DNA from: an uncultured bacterium
GTDB taxonomy: Bacteria > Bacillota > Clostridia > Lachnospirales > Lachnospiraceae
Assembly: GCA_905214365.1 (NCBI GenBank)
Contig: CAJMMH010000001.1
Span: 1 to 45,964, forward strand
Direction: 5' to 3'
DNA: 45,964 nucleotides
Part shown: positions 8,896 through 18,677 of the stretch, one piece after another
Numbering within the stretch: the stretch's first letter is position 1
Layout of the letters: the number at the start of each line of letters is the position of its first letter
Notes under the pieces: model-generated
What the model was told of the DNA's origin: nothing
Database searches by the model: none
What the model saw: the letters and a program-made list of their open reading frames with translations, nothing else
Position numbers and translations under genes: made by a program

Positions 8896-10581
8896 TTACT
8901 CGTAATCCTTTACCAGTTCCAGTGCCTTTTCCCACTCTGCCGTGTAGTATTCGGTTACCTGATCCAGTCCAAGCTGCTCAGCCTGGCCAACCATCTCTGA
9001 CCACAGGCTCTCAAACTCAGCCTCATCAGAAGCATAAACCATCTGCCAGGAATACTTCTTTACGATCTCACCGATCTGTGTAATGGTAATCTCAAGATCA
9101 TCACTTGCCGGTGTAATCATGTTTACAGCCTGCGTTGAATTTGCTACCATATCGTTTGCTTCCAGATATTCAGCAAGAACAGTTACTCCGCCGAGCATTT
9201 CGTTTACTTCCTGCTTCATCAGGGACGGATTTCTCTTTAAGGTTTCCGGCCAGTAGCGATAACTCATGGTGTATCCGTCTTCCATAATCGCTGCAGCCTG
9301 CGGTCCAAGCGTATTGAACGGATATACGCCGTCCTGGAATGCTCCGCCGCCAATATCCTCCGGCATCAGCAGCTCTGCCTTATTATCAACCGGGTTCCAG
9401 TCGATGATGCTCGGCTCGCCGTTTTCATTATATTCCCAGATCACGCCTTCCGGACCATTTGACAGGTACTGGCACACATCTACGTCATACAGCCAGTTCA
9501 GCAGCTCCAGCGCCGCATCCACATCGGAGCAGTCCTTGGAGATTGCGAAATACCAGTTGCGGCCGATGGACTGATACGGAGCGTTGTACAGCTTCATATC
9601 CTTCGCAACTACGCTTGCCATTCCGTCAACCTTCTCCGCATTGTTCTGGTTGTTGGTGTTGTAGCTTCCGGTCAGCCAGGAGAACCAGGAGAACATAATG
9701 CGGCCTGCGCTGAACTTAGAGTCTACATCACTGTAGGTCTGGGACAGAGAATCCGGATCAAGCAGTCCTCTCTGGTTTGCCTCAAAGTAGAACTTCAACG
9801 CTCTCTTATAGAAGCTGTCCTCCGCGAGCAGGGACTTGGTTTCCTTCGTTACCACGTTGGTCTCCATCAGCGGGGAAACATACTCGGTATCAATTCCATA
9901 CATGAAGGACAGAGTAGAAATTTCCAGTGCTGTTACCTTATCCCAGTCAGAGAATAAGGAGAATCCATATACTTTTTCGCCAAGCTCCGTGGTCGGCTTG
10001 TAAGCTACCATCTGCTCAACAACGTCCAGGTAATCTTCCAGCGTATCTACTTCCGGCATACCGACATTCTTGTAAGCATCCCACTGCAGCAGCGGAACCC
10101 AGTTATAGGAATTGTAGGAGGTCGGTCCGATTGCAACCGGCATGACATACAGGTGTCCGGTATCGTTGCTTGCGAAATCCTCAGAATACTTAATCGCGTC
10201 TGCATATAACTCGTTTTCAAACAGGTTAGGCAGCTGATCCTTGTACTCGTCCAGCGGAAGAAGCATATCCGCGTCCATTGCAAGGTTTGCCTGATCCAGA
10301 CCCTTCAGCCCGATCAGATCCGGAAGCTGTCCTGCTACCAGATACTGCTGAAGCTTGGTCTCTACTTCATTTCCAGTCGGGTCAAAGTTAATCTTGATCT
10401 TCAGATCATCATAAAGCTTCTGTGCCCCCCAGCCCTGCCAGATTCCGGACTCACCGGTTGCTGACTGCATGACAAACGCGGACAGGGTTACTTCTTCCCG
10501 CTCGGTCTCTGCAAACGCGCTTCCTGTCATGGACAGAACGGATGCGCCTGCCAGTACTGCTGCTAATACTTTCTTTTTCAT
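8896..10581 (-). CDS. Carbohydrate ABC transporter substrate-binding protein (LplA-like)
   Basis: Signal peptide, AGQLPDLI, EANQRGLLDPDS, NGPEGVIW motifs; lies downstream of two permeases. Confidence 0.88.
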   Translation of the reverse strand: MKKKVLAAVLAGASVLSMTGSAFAETEREEVTLSAFVMQSATGESGIWQGWGAQKLYDDLKIKINFDPTGNEVETKLQQYLVAGQLPDLIGLKGLDQANLAMDADMLLPLDEYKDQLPNLFENELYADAIKYSEDFASNDTGHLYVMPVAIGPTSYNSYNWVPLLQWDAYKNVGMPEVDTLEDYLDVVEQMVAYKPTTELGEKVYGFSLFSDWDKVTALEISTLSFMYGIDTEYVSPLMETNVVTKETKSLLAEDSFYKRALKFYFEANQRGLLDPDSLSQTYSDVDSKFSAGRIMFSWFSWLTGSYNTNNQNNAEKVDGMASVVAKDMKLYNAPYQSIGRNWYFAISKDCSDVDAALELLNWLYDVDVCQYLSNGPEGVIWEYNENGEPSIIDWNPVDNKAELLMPEDIGGGAFQDGVYPFNTLGPQAAAIMEDGYTMSYRYWPETLKRNPSLMKQEVNEMLGGVTVLAEYLEANDMVANSTQAVNMITPASDDLEITITQIGEIVKKYSWQMVYASDEAEFESLWSEMVGQAEQLGLDQVTEYYTAEWEKALELVKDYE

Positions 10582-10713
10582 ACTTAGCCTCCATCTTTTT
10601 GATTTTTATAACCAGCCGCCTCCCAATACCCAGTCCGGTACTTACAGGCGGCTTCTGTTTCGATTCCTGCTTTTATTCCTTTTTCTCTGTACCGTTCTAT
10701 TTCTGTCGTCCAG

Positions 10714-11643
10714 TTATCCCTTTACCGCTCCGATCATCATTCCTTTTACAAAGTACTTCTGGAAGAACGGATAAACAACCAGAACCGGAACGACGGTAAC
10801 GATACAAACCGTATATTTAATGGTCAGCGGCGACAGCATTGTGGACGGATCCATTTCTGCCATCATGTCCGGATTTTCACGGGCAATTTCCGCAAGTGTA
10901 TTTGCTTCCTTCAGGTAGCGGTACAGTACATACTGCAGCGTCTGAAGCGCCTGGCTCTTGGTATACAGCACAGTATCCATCCAGTTGTTCCACTGGCCGA
11001 CCGCCGAGAACACCGCAATAGTCGCCAGAATCGGTTTGCACAGCGGCATAACGATTCTTACAAAACGGGTCAGATAGCCGGCTCCGTCGATTTCCGCCGA
11101 TTCTTCCAGAGACGGCGGCAGTGACTCCATGTAGGTTTTTACCAGAATCAGGTTGAACGGCGTTACGCAGCACGGAAGAATGTATACCCAGAATGTATCG
11201 TAAATATGCAGTGTCTTATAGGTCAAAAACGTTGGAATAACGCCCGCGCCAAAATACATGGTAATGATGACAAAACGGTAAAAAATCTTCTTGTGCCAGT
11301 ACTCCGATCTGGAAAAGCAGTACGCCGGGAACGATGCGCAGATAATTGTGAATACCGTTCCGAGAACTGTTCTTGCCAGAGAAATCATCGTTGCTCCCGG
11401 CAGCTCCTTCAGCGACAATACCTTCGCGTAATTGGAGAAATGGATTCCTCTCGGAAAAATACTAATGCGGCCGGTGGAAACCAGCGAGTTATCACTGATT
11501 GTATTGATAAATATGTAGTAAAACGGGAAAATACATGCCAGCGTAAACGCTCCGAATACGACCGCAATCAGCACATCAATTACATGGTCCTTCCAGGTCT
11601 TTTTGATTACGCCATGCTCTTCCCTGTTTCTCCTCTTTGCCAT
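10714..11643 (-). CDS. Carbohydrate ABC transporter permease (LplC-like)
   Basis: EAA loop LEESAEIDGA, AVGQWNNW, YPFFQKYFVKGMMIGAVKG. Confidence 0.93.
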   Translation of the reverse strand: MAKRRNREEHGVIKKTWKDHVIDVLIAVVFGAFTLACIFPFYYIFINTISDNSLVSTGRISIFPRGIHFSNYAKVLSLKELPGATMISLARTVLGTVFTIICASFPAYCFSRSEYWHKKIFYRFVIITMYFGAGVIPTFLTYKTLHIYDTFWVYILPCCVTPFNLILVKTYMESLPPSLEESAEIDGAGYLTRFVRIVMPLCKPILATIAVFSAVGQWNNWMDTVLYTKSQALQTLQYVLYRYLKEANTLAEIARENPDMMAEMDPSTMLSPLTIKYTVCIVTVVPVLVVYPFFQKYFVKGMMIGAVKG

Positions 11644-11665
11644 GACTGAACCCCTTTCCTGTTTT

Positions 11666-11680
11666 ATGTACTCGCGGAAT
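11666..11680 (-). repeat. Half copy of the ~58-nt UTR stem-loop element
   Basis: atgtactcgcggaat, 22 nt upstream of the 11643 start. Confidence 0.5.
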
Positions 11681-11683
11681 TAT

Positions 11684-12619
11684 TTAGAAGATCGACGATC
11701 CTCTTACTTTTTTCGACAATGTGTTGGCAATCAGCACCAGAATTACGCTGACGACTGATTTCCACATGCCGACCGCTGTTGCGTAGGAGATGTTGCCCTG
11801 CTGCAGTCCATACCGGTAAACGTACAGATCCAGCACTTCGATGGCGTCCTGCGTCATTGCATTAGAGAATACAAGATACTGATCAATTCCGTTGTTAATG
11901 ATGTTTCCGATCTGCAGAACAAACATAACGAAAAACGTCGGAAGAAGATGCGGCGTGGTAATATACCACATTTTCTGGAAACGTCCGGCTCCGTCAATGT
12001 TGGCCGCCTCATAGATTTCCGAGTCAATGGATGTAATTGCTGAAATATAGACAATTGCTCCCCATCCGAGTCCCTTCCAGAGATGGTAGCCAAGCATCTT
12101 CAGCCACATATGATCCGCCTGTGTCAGGAAGTTGACCGGCGTTTTAGCCGCTCCTGACTCTACCAGAAGATTGTTTACCAGTCCTTCCGTTGACAACAGC
12201 GCAAAGAACGCGGCATATACCAGTACCCAGCTGATAAAGTTCGGAATCGTTGTCAGCGTCTGCACCAGCTTCCGGTATCCCTTCCACGGAATTTCCATCA
12301 GAAACATCGCGAAAACCATCGGGAGAATCATCGTTGCCATGTACAGCAGATTGATTCCCAGGGTGTTGGACATAACGCGGAAAAACTGTCCTCTCAGCAC
12401 CGGATTATTAAACGGCGCGATAAACCACTTCCAGCCGACAAACTCACAGTCAAACAGATTCTTTCCCGGTTTATAATTGAAGAAAGAATACGACCAGCCG
12501 AGCAGCGGCAGATACGAGAAGATCAGAATTCCGATCAGAAACGGCAGCGACAGCAGAAACAGCCGGAAGCCTGCCTTCTCGCGGGGACTTGATCCCCTTT
12601 TCCTGTTTGTTTTTTGCAT
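11684..12619 (-). CDS. Carbohydrate ABC transporter permease (LplB-like)
   Basis: PNFISWV, WKGLGWGAIVYISAI, EAA loop YEAANIDGAGRFQ. Confidence 0.93.
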   Translation of the reverse strand: MQKTNRKRGSSPREKAGFRLFLLSLPFLIGILIFSYLPLLGWSYSFFNYKPGKNLFDCEFVGWKWFIAPFNNPVLRGQFFRVMSNTLGINLLYMATMILPMVFAMFLMEIPWKGYRKLVQTLTTIPNFISWVLVYAAFFALLSTEGLVNNLLVESGAAKTPVNFLTQADHMWLKMLGYHLWKGLGWGAIVYISAITSIDSEIYEAANIDGAGRFQKMWYITTPHLLPTFFVMFVLQIGNIINNGIDQYLVFSNAMTQDAIEVLDLYVYRYGLQQGNISYATAVGMWKSVVSVILVLIANTLSKKVRGSSIF

Positions 12620-12877
12620 ACCTGCACTCCCCTTTTCTTCGATGCGCTCCCAAAGCCCACACAGCGTCCACTCTTTTCAGACATACTTTTACGCTTCTTT
12701 GGGAGCCATCATTTTCTTCTGTTCTTATTATATCTGTGCAAAATGTCTCCTGTAAATTGAACTAATCTCGAAAAATAGTACACTTTTACAACTTTTTTCT
12801 TTTTTCCGTCCGCTTCTGCAGATCTTATGGGATGATAATGGAGGCTTCGCAGCAGGAATGCAGCGGCAGCCGAAATC

Positions 12878-12935
12878 ATGTGCTCCCGGAAAATCAGCCG
12901 CAAGGTCAGGTACCTAAGAAACTCCGAGAGCACAT
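12878..12935 (+). repeat. ~58-nt UTR stem-loop element, complete copy
   Basis: atgtgctcccggaaaatcag...actccgagagcacat with terminal inverted repeats; 23 nt upstream of ATG 12959. Confidence 0.85.
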
Positions 12936-12958
12936 AATCTGCAAAAGGAGGCTGTTTT

Positions 12959-14716
12959 ATGCGCCGGTCTGTTTCCCAGAAAAACTATCATTTTTTTGCC
13001 CGCATGCTTCTGATCTGTACAATCCTTCTTGCTGCGTTTTCTCTGACAGTCAGCGTCATTATCGCACATCTGTCGCACCAGTATGAAATGTCCCAGTATC
13101 TGAAGCCCTACGAGCTTGCCTCCGTCAATCTTTCAGAAACCTTTGAATCGCATTTTTCCAACTTCAGCATCCTTGCCGGAAAGGTGATGAACGGCAATCA
13201 GTGCAATCAGAATCTATGCGCGCTGTTAGAAGCAGACTCTTACGAGGAGGTCAACCCGGTTGTCCGCAACGCATGCATCCGCCTGCTTTCTTCAATCTGC
13301 AGCGACGACCGTTATCTGCGCGGTTTTCTTCTGTATTCAGAAAACGGGCCGTTGTATTATTATTCCGACTCGCAGTCTTATCTGGCGCATGTCAATCAGG
13401 CTTCCCCGTCCGTCAGACCGGTTCCGTTTATCTGTACGCCGATTCCGTTGGACGCGGCGGCCCAGATGATTCTGTCCTGCGGAGACTCCCGTTCCGGCTA
13501 CAACAGTTTTTACGGGCTCAGCGCTACGATTTTCCGGATTTCCTCTGCCCCGCTTGGCTATCTGATTCCGCTGTATTCCATTTCCGAATATACGGAGCTG
13601 CTTTCTAATTTTGATCTGAGCAAGGACAGTGTCTTCCGCATCACGGATTTAGCTGGAAATCTCTTTTTTGACTCCAATCCGTCCGCTGATACGCAAAGCG
13701 GCTCCTGGTACCGCAACAGCATCATTAACTTTACGGACGGCTTCCAGGTCTCCTATTATGCGCCGGACTCCTACCTTCCGGAAAACTCCATTACACGGCT
13801 CAGCCTTCTGCTTGCCATCCTTCTGACGCTGTTTGCATTTGTCCTGTACTATGTGACCTACTATCTTTCCAGCCGCAACATTAACCTGATTCTGGACGGT
13901 ATGAAGCGGTTCCAGCTTGACGATCTGACCTATCGGATCTCCGGCCTGACCGGCCGCAACGAATTTGCCCAGATTTCCGATGCGTTTAACGCGATGTGCG
14001 ATGAACTGCAGAAAAATGTGGAGCGGTCCTACGTCTATGAACTTCAGAAAAAGAAAAGCGAGCTTTACGCGCTTCAGACCAGTATTAATCCGCACTTTCT
14101 GTACAACACGCTGGAGATAATCCGCTCGCAGCTGATCAACGGCAACGCCGATCAGGCTTCCCGCATGATCCTGATTCTTTCCAAAATTTACCGCACACAG
14201 ACCGGAACCGGCATGTTCGCAACACTTGATCAGGAAATCGAACTGTGCGAAAACCTGATGATCCTTTATCAGCACCGCTTCCAGAATTTCGATTATGAAT
14301 TTGAACCGGACAGCGCCGCCTGCCGGTTTGCCCTGCCGAAAAACACGCTGCAGCCGCTGATTGAAAATTACTTTGTCCACGGAATCATCTCGGAACGCCA
14401 GGACAATTTCATCACGCTGTCCGCCAGTGTATTTGTCCAGAACGATCGGCAGTATATCCGTCTGACGCTTTCCAACAACGGCAAACCAATTGATCCGGAA
14501 CAGGCCGCCCAGCTGGAAAAGCGTCTCTCTGAAAGCATCTACAACCAGACAAATACCAACGGCTTTGCGCTCACCAATGTGCTCAGCCGTCTCCGGATTG
14601 TCTTCCAGAATGACTGTAGCCTCCGCATCGTTTCGCCGGACGATCCTGACATGTCATTCTGCATCGAGCTTATCTTTCCGGCAAAAACAGCAGAACAATT
14701 AAAGGAGTCCTTCTGA
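12959..14716 (+). CDS. YesM-type sensor histidine kinase
   Basis: Two TM segments, HAMP (NEFAQISDAFNAM), H-box QTSINPHFLYNTLE, LQPLIENYFVHG. Confidence 0.9.
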   Translation: MRRSVSQKNYHFFARMLLICTILLAAFSLTVSVIIAHLSHQYEMSQYLKPYELASVNLSETFESHFSNFSILAGKVMNGNQCNQNLCALLEADSYEEVNPVVRNACIRLLSSICSDDRYLRGFLLYSENGPLYYYSDSQSYLAHVNQASPSVRPVPFICTPIPLDAAAQMILSCGDSRSGYNSFYGLSATIFRISSAPLGYLIPLYSISEYTELLSNFDLSKDSVFRITDLAGNLFFDSNPSADTQSGSWYRNSIINFTDGFQVSYYAPDSYLPENSITRLSLLLAILLTLFAFVLYYVTYYLSSRNINLILDGMKRFQLDDLTYRISGLTGRNEFAQISDAFNAMCDELQKNVERSYVYELQKKKSELYALQTSINPHFLYNTLEIIRSQLINGNADQASRMILILSKIYRTQTGTGMFATLDQEIELCENLMILYQHRFQNFDYEFEPDSAACRFALPKNTLQPLIENYFVHGIISERQDNFITLSASVFVQNDRQYIRLTLSNNGKPIDPEQAAQLEKRLSESIYNQTNTNGFALTNVLSRLRIVFQNDCSLRIVSPDDPDMSFCIELIFPAKTAEQLKESF

Positions 14717-14748
14717 CGCGCGCAGCAGCGCGTTTTGAAGGACTCCTT
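14702..14748. terminator. Inverted repeat between convergent genes
   Basis: aaggagtccttc/gaaggactcctt with inner acgcgc/gcgcgt. Confidence 0.65.
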
Positions 14749-14751
14749 CTA

Positions 14752-15657
14752 TTATCCGGTCTGCGGTTCCTGTGCCATATGCTCTTCGGTTCCGTTCTTT
14801 TTTCCTCTCCGCAGCTCGCTCGGCGTCATCTGATACTGCCGCCGGAACAGCCGGTTAAAATAGGACACAGACTCAAACCCGGCTTCAACAGCAACCTGGG
14901 CAATCGGCTTTCTGGTTGCCCGCAGCAGATATGCCGCATACTCAATCCTCATCTGTTCAATATATGAAAAAATCGTCCGGCCGGTCGCTTCCCGGAAACA
15001 TTTACACAGGTAATTCCGACTGACCGCCGCCTGCTCTGCCAACGCATCCAGCGTAATTTCTTCCGTCAGATGGCTGTCAATGTAGGCAATGACGCGCTCA
15101 AGCCGCTCAAATCCCGCGCCGTTTTCCGTATTTTCTCCGATTGCCTGTGACTCCTGATAATGCCGGTACAAAAGTGCCAGCAGCAGATGAAGCGCGGATT
15201 CCATTACCATACTGCTGCCTCTGCCGTTACGCTCTTCCCGCTTCATGCAGGAAAATGCTTCATACATAGACGCATAATCCGCGGCGTCTTCGGCAATCCG
15301 GTTGGAAAACTGCTCATTCCGATGAAAAAACGGTTTCAGATAATCATTTCCATGCCGCTCCTGCCACAGCGGGCTCGATTCAAACAGAAGCACTGTCAGC
15401 CTCAGCTCTTCCCTGCCGTGCAGCGCCAGATGCAGTTCTGAATTATTGATTACAAAAATATCGCCCTTCCGGACCGGATAGACCTTTCCGCCGATAATAT
15501 AGGTTCCGCTCCCTCGCTCCACCAGATTCAGTTCCAGGCAGTTATGGCAGTGCAGCTGCTTCTGCTCCTGGGAAATGGTAAAAAGGCGGCAACGGAAGTC
15601 CCCTGAAAAATCAAAGAACTCCCGCTCAAAGTTTGATGCTTCTTCCTGCCTCATCAT
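14752..15657 (-). CDS. AraC-family regulator (cupin plus HTH)
   Basis: LHCHNCLEL cupin motif; AVSRNYLCKCFR and AGFESVSYFNRLF. Confidence 0.9.
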   Translation of the reverse strand: MMRQEEASNFEREFFDFSGDFRCRLFTISQEQKQLHCHNCLELNLVERGSGTYIIGGKVYPVRKGDIFVINNSELHLALHGREELRLTVLLFESSPLWQERHGNDYLKPFFHRNEQFSNRIAEDAADYASMYEAFSCMKREERNGRGSSMVMESALHLLLALLYRHYQESQAIGENTENGAGFERLERVIAYIDSHLTEEITLDALAEQAAVSRNYLCKCFREATGRTIFSYIEQMRIEYAAYLLRATRKPIAQVAVEAGFESVSYFNRLFRRQYQMTPSELRRGKKNGTEEHMAQEPQTG

Positions 15658-16742
15658 AATACGATATTTCTGCGCTCCAGAATATCCGCAATTTTAACAA
15701 CCTGACCAGTTCTCATTGCCTCATCCATTGCTTCCATAACTGCCAGCGTACGGATGCCTTCCTTCAGATCCGGCTTCGGTGTTCTTCCTGCCAGAACATC
15801 CTGCGCATACTCTTCAATATAATTCTGATACTCGCCGGCATGATGAGTCTCGCCTTCAAAACGGAAGAAGTATCCGTGCATATCCTCATAAGAATGAATC
15901 TCCGCGTCATGCTGTGTCGGCGGGAAATTAGTTAAGTAGGTCAGCTTTGGATATCCGGCACGGCTGATTCCCTTGCTTCCGCGCAGGGTGCAGCTGATAT
16001 TCTGCTCTCTGCCGCTGCCGAGAGTCGGAGTTGCATAAGCTCCGGTTACTTCTGCCATACGGCCATCCTTATTCTTTAACAGGAAGCTCATCGTATCCGG
16101 TACGTCCAGACCGCGCTCCTTCGTGTTCTCGCTGACAACGCCGCTTCCGTATACCTCAACGATATCCGGCAGATACCATACCGCAAGGTCTACCGCATGA
16201 ATCATAAAATTGTACATCCAGGAGAATCCCTTCTGATGGCTCCATGCACGCTCCAGAAACCACCGGGAATCGCTGATATAATGAGTCTGTACCAGCTCCA
16301 GCTCACCATGCTTTCCCGCCAGGTAATCCTGATGCTGTCTGCGTGCCGGCTCAAAGTAACGGGAGCTCTGTCCAACAAACACAATGCGTCCAGTACGCTT
16401 CTGAACCTCAAGAAGGTCATTTGCCTCATCCAGATTAATCATCAGCGGCTTCGTGCAGATAACATCCTTTCCTGCCTCCAGCGCCATCTTAATGTGCGTT
16501 GCGTGCAGCTGATCCGGTGTGTAAATTCCAATAACATCGATTGACGGATCTGCCAGCATCTCTTCATATTTTGTGGTATAATGGTCAAATTTGAACTCTT
16601 CGCAGCGATGCTTGCACAGCTCCTCGTTCAGATCACAGATATTGCCGAGAGTCCAGTACTTGCTCTGCAGTACCGCAGACATAATACTTCTTCCCTCTCC
16701 CAGTCCAAGTACACCCATAGAAAATGTCTTCTGTTCGCTCAT
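15654..16742 (-). CDS. Gfo/Idh/MocA-family oxidoreductase
   Basis: GVLGLGEG Rossmann motif, YTPDQLHATH, ICTKP, IHAVD. Confidence 0.9.
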   Translation of the reverse strand: MSEQKTFSMGVLGLGEGRSIMSAVLQSKYWTLGNICDLNEELCKHRCEEFKFDHYTTKYEEMLADPSIDVIGIYTPDQLHATHIKMALEAGKDVICTKPLMINLDEANDLLEVQKRTGRIVFVGQSSRYFEPARRQHQDYLAGKHGELELVQTHYISDSRWFLERAWSHQKGFSWMYNFMIHAVDLAVWYLPDIVEVYGSGVVSENTKERGLDVPDTMSFLLKNKDGRMAEVTGAYATPTLGSGREQNISCTLRGSKGISRAGYPKLTYLTNFPPTQHDAEIHSYEDMHGYFFRFEGETHHAGEYQNYIEEYAQDVLAGRTPKPDLKEGIRTLAVMEAMDEAMRTGQVVKIADILERRNIVL

Positions 16743-17065
16743 AGCTGTCTATTCCTTCTGTTCGGACCGGCCATTTTCTGATTGATGACCTTCCGCCTTT
16801 CTCTGATTTTTACGTTCCAAGCATAACAGATTTTTCCGCATTTGTCTTGTCTTACATGCAGCAAAACTTGCACAATATTACGCATTTTCTTTAAGTACGC
16901 TTTCTAAAACAATTATCCTTGCGCGTCCCGATGCGCAGGCAAATCAATTTTCCTTGGATTTTTTATAAGGTGTTGAAATTTCAACCGACTTTCCTTTATA
17001 ATTATATTATAACGATGTTGGGGGCAAAAGATATTTTGACGTTTCTGCAGGCTTCCGAAACAATA

Positions 17066-17126
17066 ATGTGCTCTCGGAATCTCGCTGTACCTAAATTTAC
17101 GAGAAAGCTTTTCATCAGAGGCACAT
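17066..17126 (-). repeat. ~58-nt UTR stem-loop element (reverse orientation)
   Basis: atgtgctctcggaatctcgctgtacct...gaggcacat; 37 nt upstream of ATG 17164. Confidence 0.8.
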
Positions 17127-17163
17127 AAGAAGTACACAATAATAAGAAAAGAGGAACTGATTT

Positions 17164-17757
17164 ATGATTCGTAAGGTGATTGAAATTAATGAAGAACGCT
17201 GCTGCGGCTGCGGCGCATGCGCATCTGCCTGTCACGAGGGCGCAATTGGTATGGTAAACGGAAAGGCAAAGCTGCTCAGAGAGGATTACTGCGACGGTCT
17301 CGGCAACTGTCTTCCGGTCTGCCCGGTCAACGCGATTTCTTTTATTGAACGTGAGGCTGCGGATCCGGTTCCATCCGCTATGGCTAAGGTTCCGCAATGG
17401 CCGATTCAGATGCGCCTGACCGCATCGGTTTCTCCCCGTTTTTATAATGCGGATCTGCTGATTGCGGCAGACTGCACCGCGTTCACCTATCCGTCATTCC
17501 GCAATGAATTTATCGCGGGACGCTGCGTCCTGATCGGATGTCCCAAGCTGGATGATACCGACTATTCCAGGATTCTGACCGATATTTTCCGTAAAAATAC
17601 CATCTGCCGAATTACCGTTGCCCGCATGACTGTTCCCTGCTGCAAGGGCCTAGAGCGCGCGGTTATGACCGCCCTTCAAAACTGCGGAAAGGACATCCCG
17701 TGCCGCGTTGTGATCTTTGCGACAGACGGCAGCGGATATGAAGAAAGAGAGATCTGA
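17164..17757 (+). CDS. 4Fe-4S dicluster protein of the type usually found next to hcp
   Basis: CCGCGACASACHEGAI and CDGLGNCLPVCP; QWPIQ, LIAADC, GCPKLD, VPCC. Confidence 0.85.
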   Translation: MIRKVIEINEERCCGCGACASACHEGAIGMVNGKAKLLREDYCDGLGNCLPVCPVNAISFIEREAADPVPSAMAKVPQWPIQMRLTASVSPRFYNADLLIAADCTAFTYPSFRNEFIAGRCVLIGCPKLDDTDYSRILTDIFRKNTICRITVARMTVPCCKGLERAVMTALQNCGKDIPCRVVIFATDGSGYEEREI

Positions 17758-17762
17758 AGTCT

Positions 17763-18377
17763 ATGACAGATACAAAAAAACACTGCGGCGCAGCTAATAC
17801 ACTCATCGGTGCGCTGATTGGAATTGGCCGCGCCGTTGAAACCGGCGCTGAACCAACTGCTGTTACCAGAAATCTGATTTTACAGGGATTAAATTCCATT
17901 GCTTCCGTCCCTGCTTCCGTTTTCACTCCGCATCCAGATTTCAGCGATAGCGCATCCCCGGAATCTACATACACACAAACATCTGGCGTGTCATCGTCCG
18001 CCGCACAGAATGATGCGCGTTTTTCTGAATTGACAGCCCGCATCCGCACGCACAAAGCGGAACTGATTCCCAATTGCATATCATGCGCCTCGCCATGCGG
18101 GCGGACCTTCGATTATGACAAAGACCTGTTTGAAGCGGCTGCTGAGGATGTCCGCTCCATGAAGGCGCTGATCCTGTCCGGCCTGTTTCGCATGGCATCC
18201 GACGCCTGGAACGCGATGCTTGCCGGTGCATTCCAGGCCGACAGCCATGACAATATCACCCGTTTTTTCTGCCAGGCGCTGTTTGTTCTCGGTGAAGACT
18301 GGACCGTTGATGAGCTTCTTCCGTTCGCTCTGAAAACCGGGCATTATATCCGTATCTGCGCCGGGTTGACGCATTAA
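17763..18377 (+). CDS. Stand-alone or degenerate N-terminal helical region of hybrid cluster protein (Hcp)
   Basis: LIGALIGIGRA, PNCISCASPCGRT, EDVRSMKALILSG, FFCQALFVLGEDW resemble clostridial Hcp N-terminal helices; no N-terminal cubane Cys motif and no catalytic domains. Confidence 0.6.
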   Translation: MTDTKKHCGAANTLIGALIGIGRAVETGAEPTAVTRNLILQGLNSIASVPASVFTPHPDFSDSASPESTYTQTSGVSSSAAQNDARFSELTARIRTHKAELIPNCISCASPCGRTFDYDKDLFEAAAEDVRSMKALILSGLFRMASDAWNAMLAGAFQADSHDNITRFFCQALFVLGEDWTVDELLPFALKTGHYIRICAGLTH

Positions 18378-18402
18378 ACGGCGTCCTTGCCGTAATTTAT
18401 CA

Positions 18403-18459
18403 ATGTGCTCCTGGAATCTCTTATGTGCCTGTTCTTCCACCTGGATTTCGGGAGTATAT
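18403..18459 (-). repeat. ~58-nt stem-loop element in the 3' UTR
   Basis: atgtgctcctggaatctcttatgtgcctg...gatttcgggagtatat. Confidence 0.75.
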
Positions 18460-18601
18460 TTTATTTTCCGCCGCGGCAGGGACTCGCCTGATTACCATTT
18501 GCCAATAGGATTTTCGGCAGTAGGTCTTGACACCTCCTCGCTTTTATACTATAACATTTGTGTATTATCAATAACGATATGTTTGTTTTTTTGTTTATTT
18601 T

Positions 18602-18656
18602 ATCGCATTCCGGCGGATTTATCTATTTCAAATTCAACGAAACCCCGGAAGCACAT
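18602..18656 (+). repeat. Degenerate ~58-nt UTR element
   Basis: 3' half caacgaaaccccggaagcacat vs consensus caacgagattccgagagcacat; 21 nt upstream of ATG 18678. Confidence 0.5.
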
Positions 18657-18677
18657 TTTTCAGAAATGGAGTGTCTC

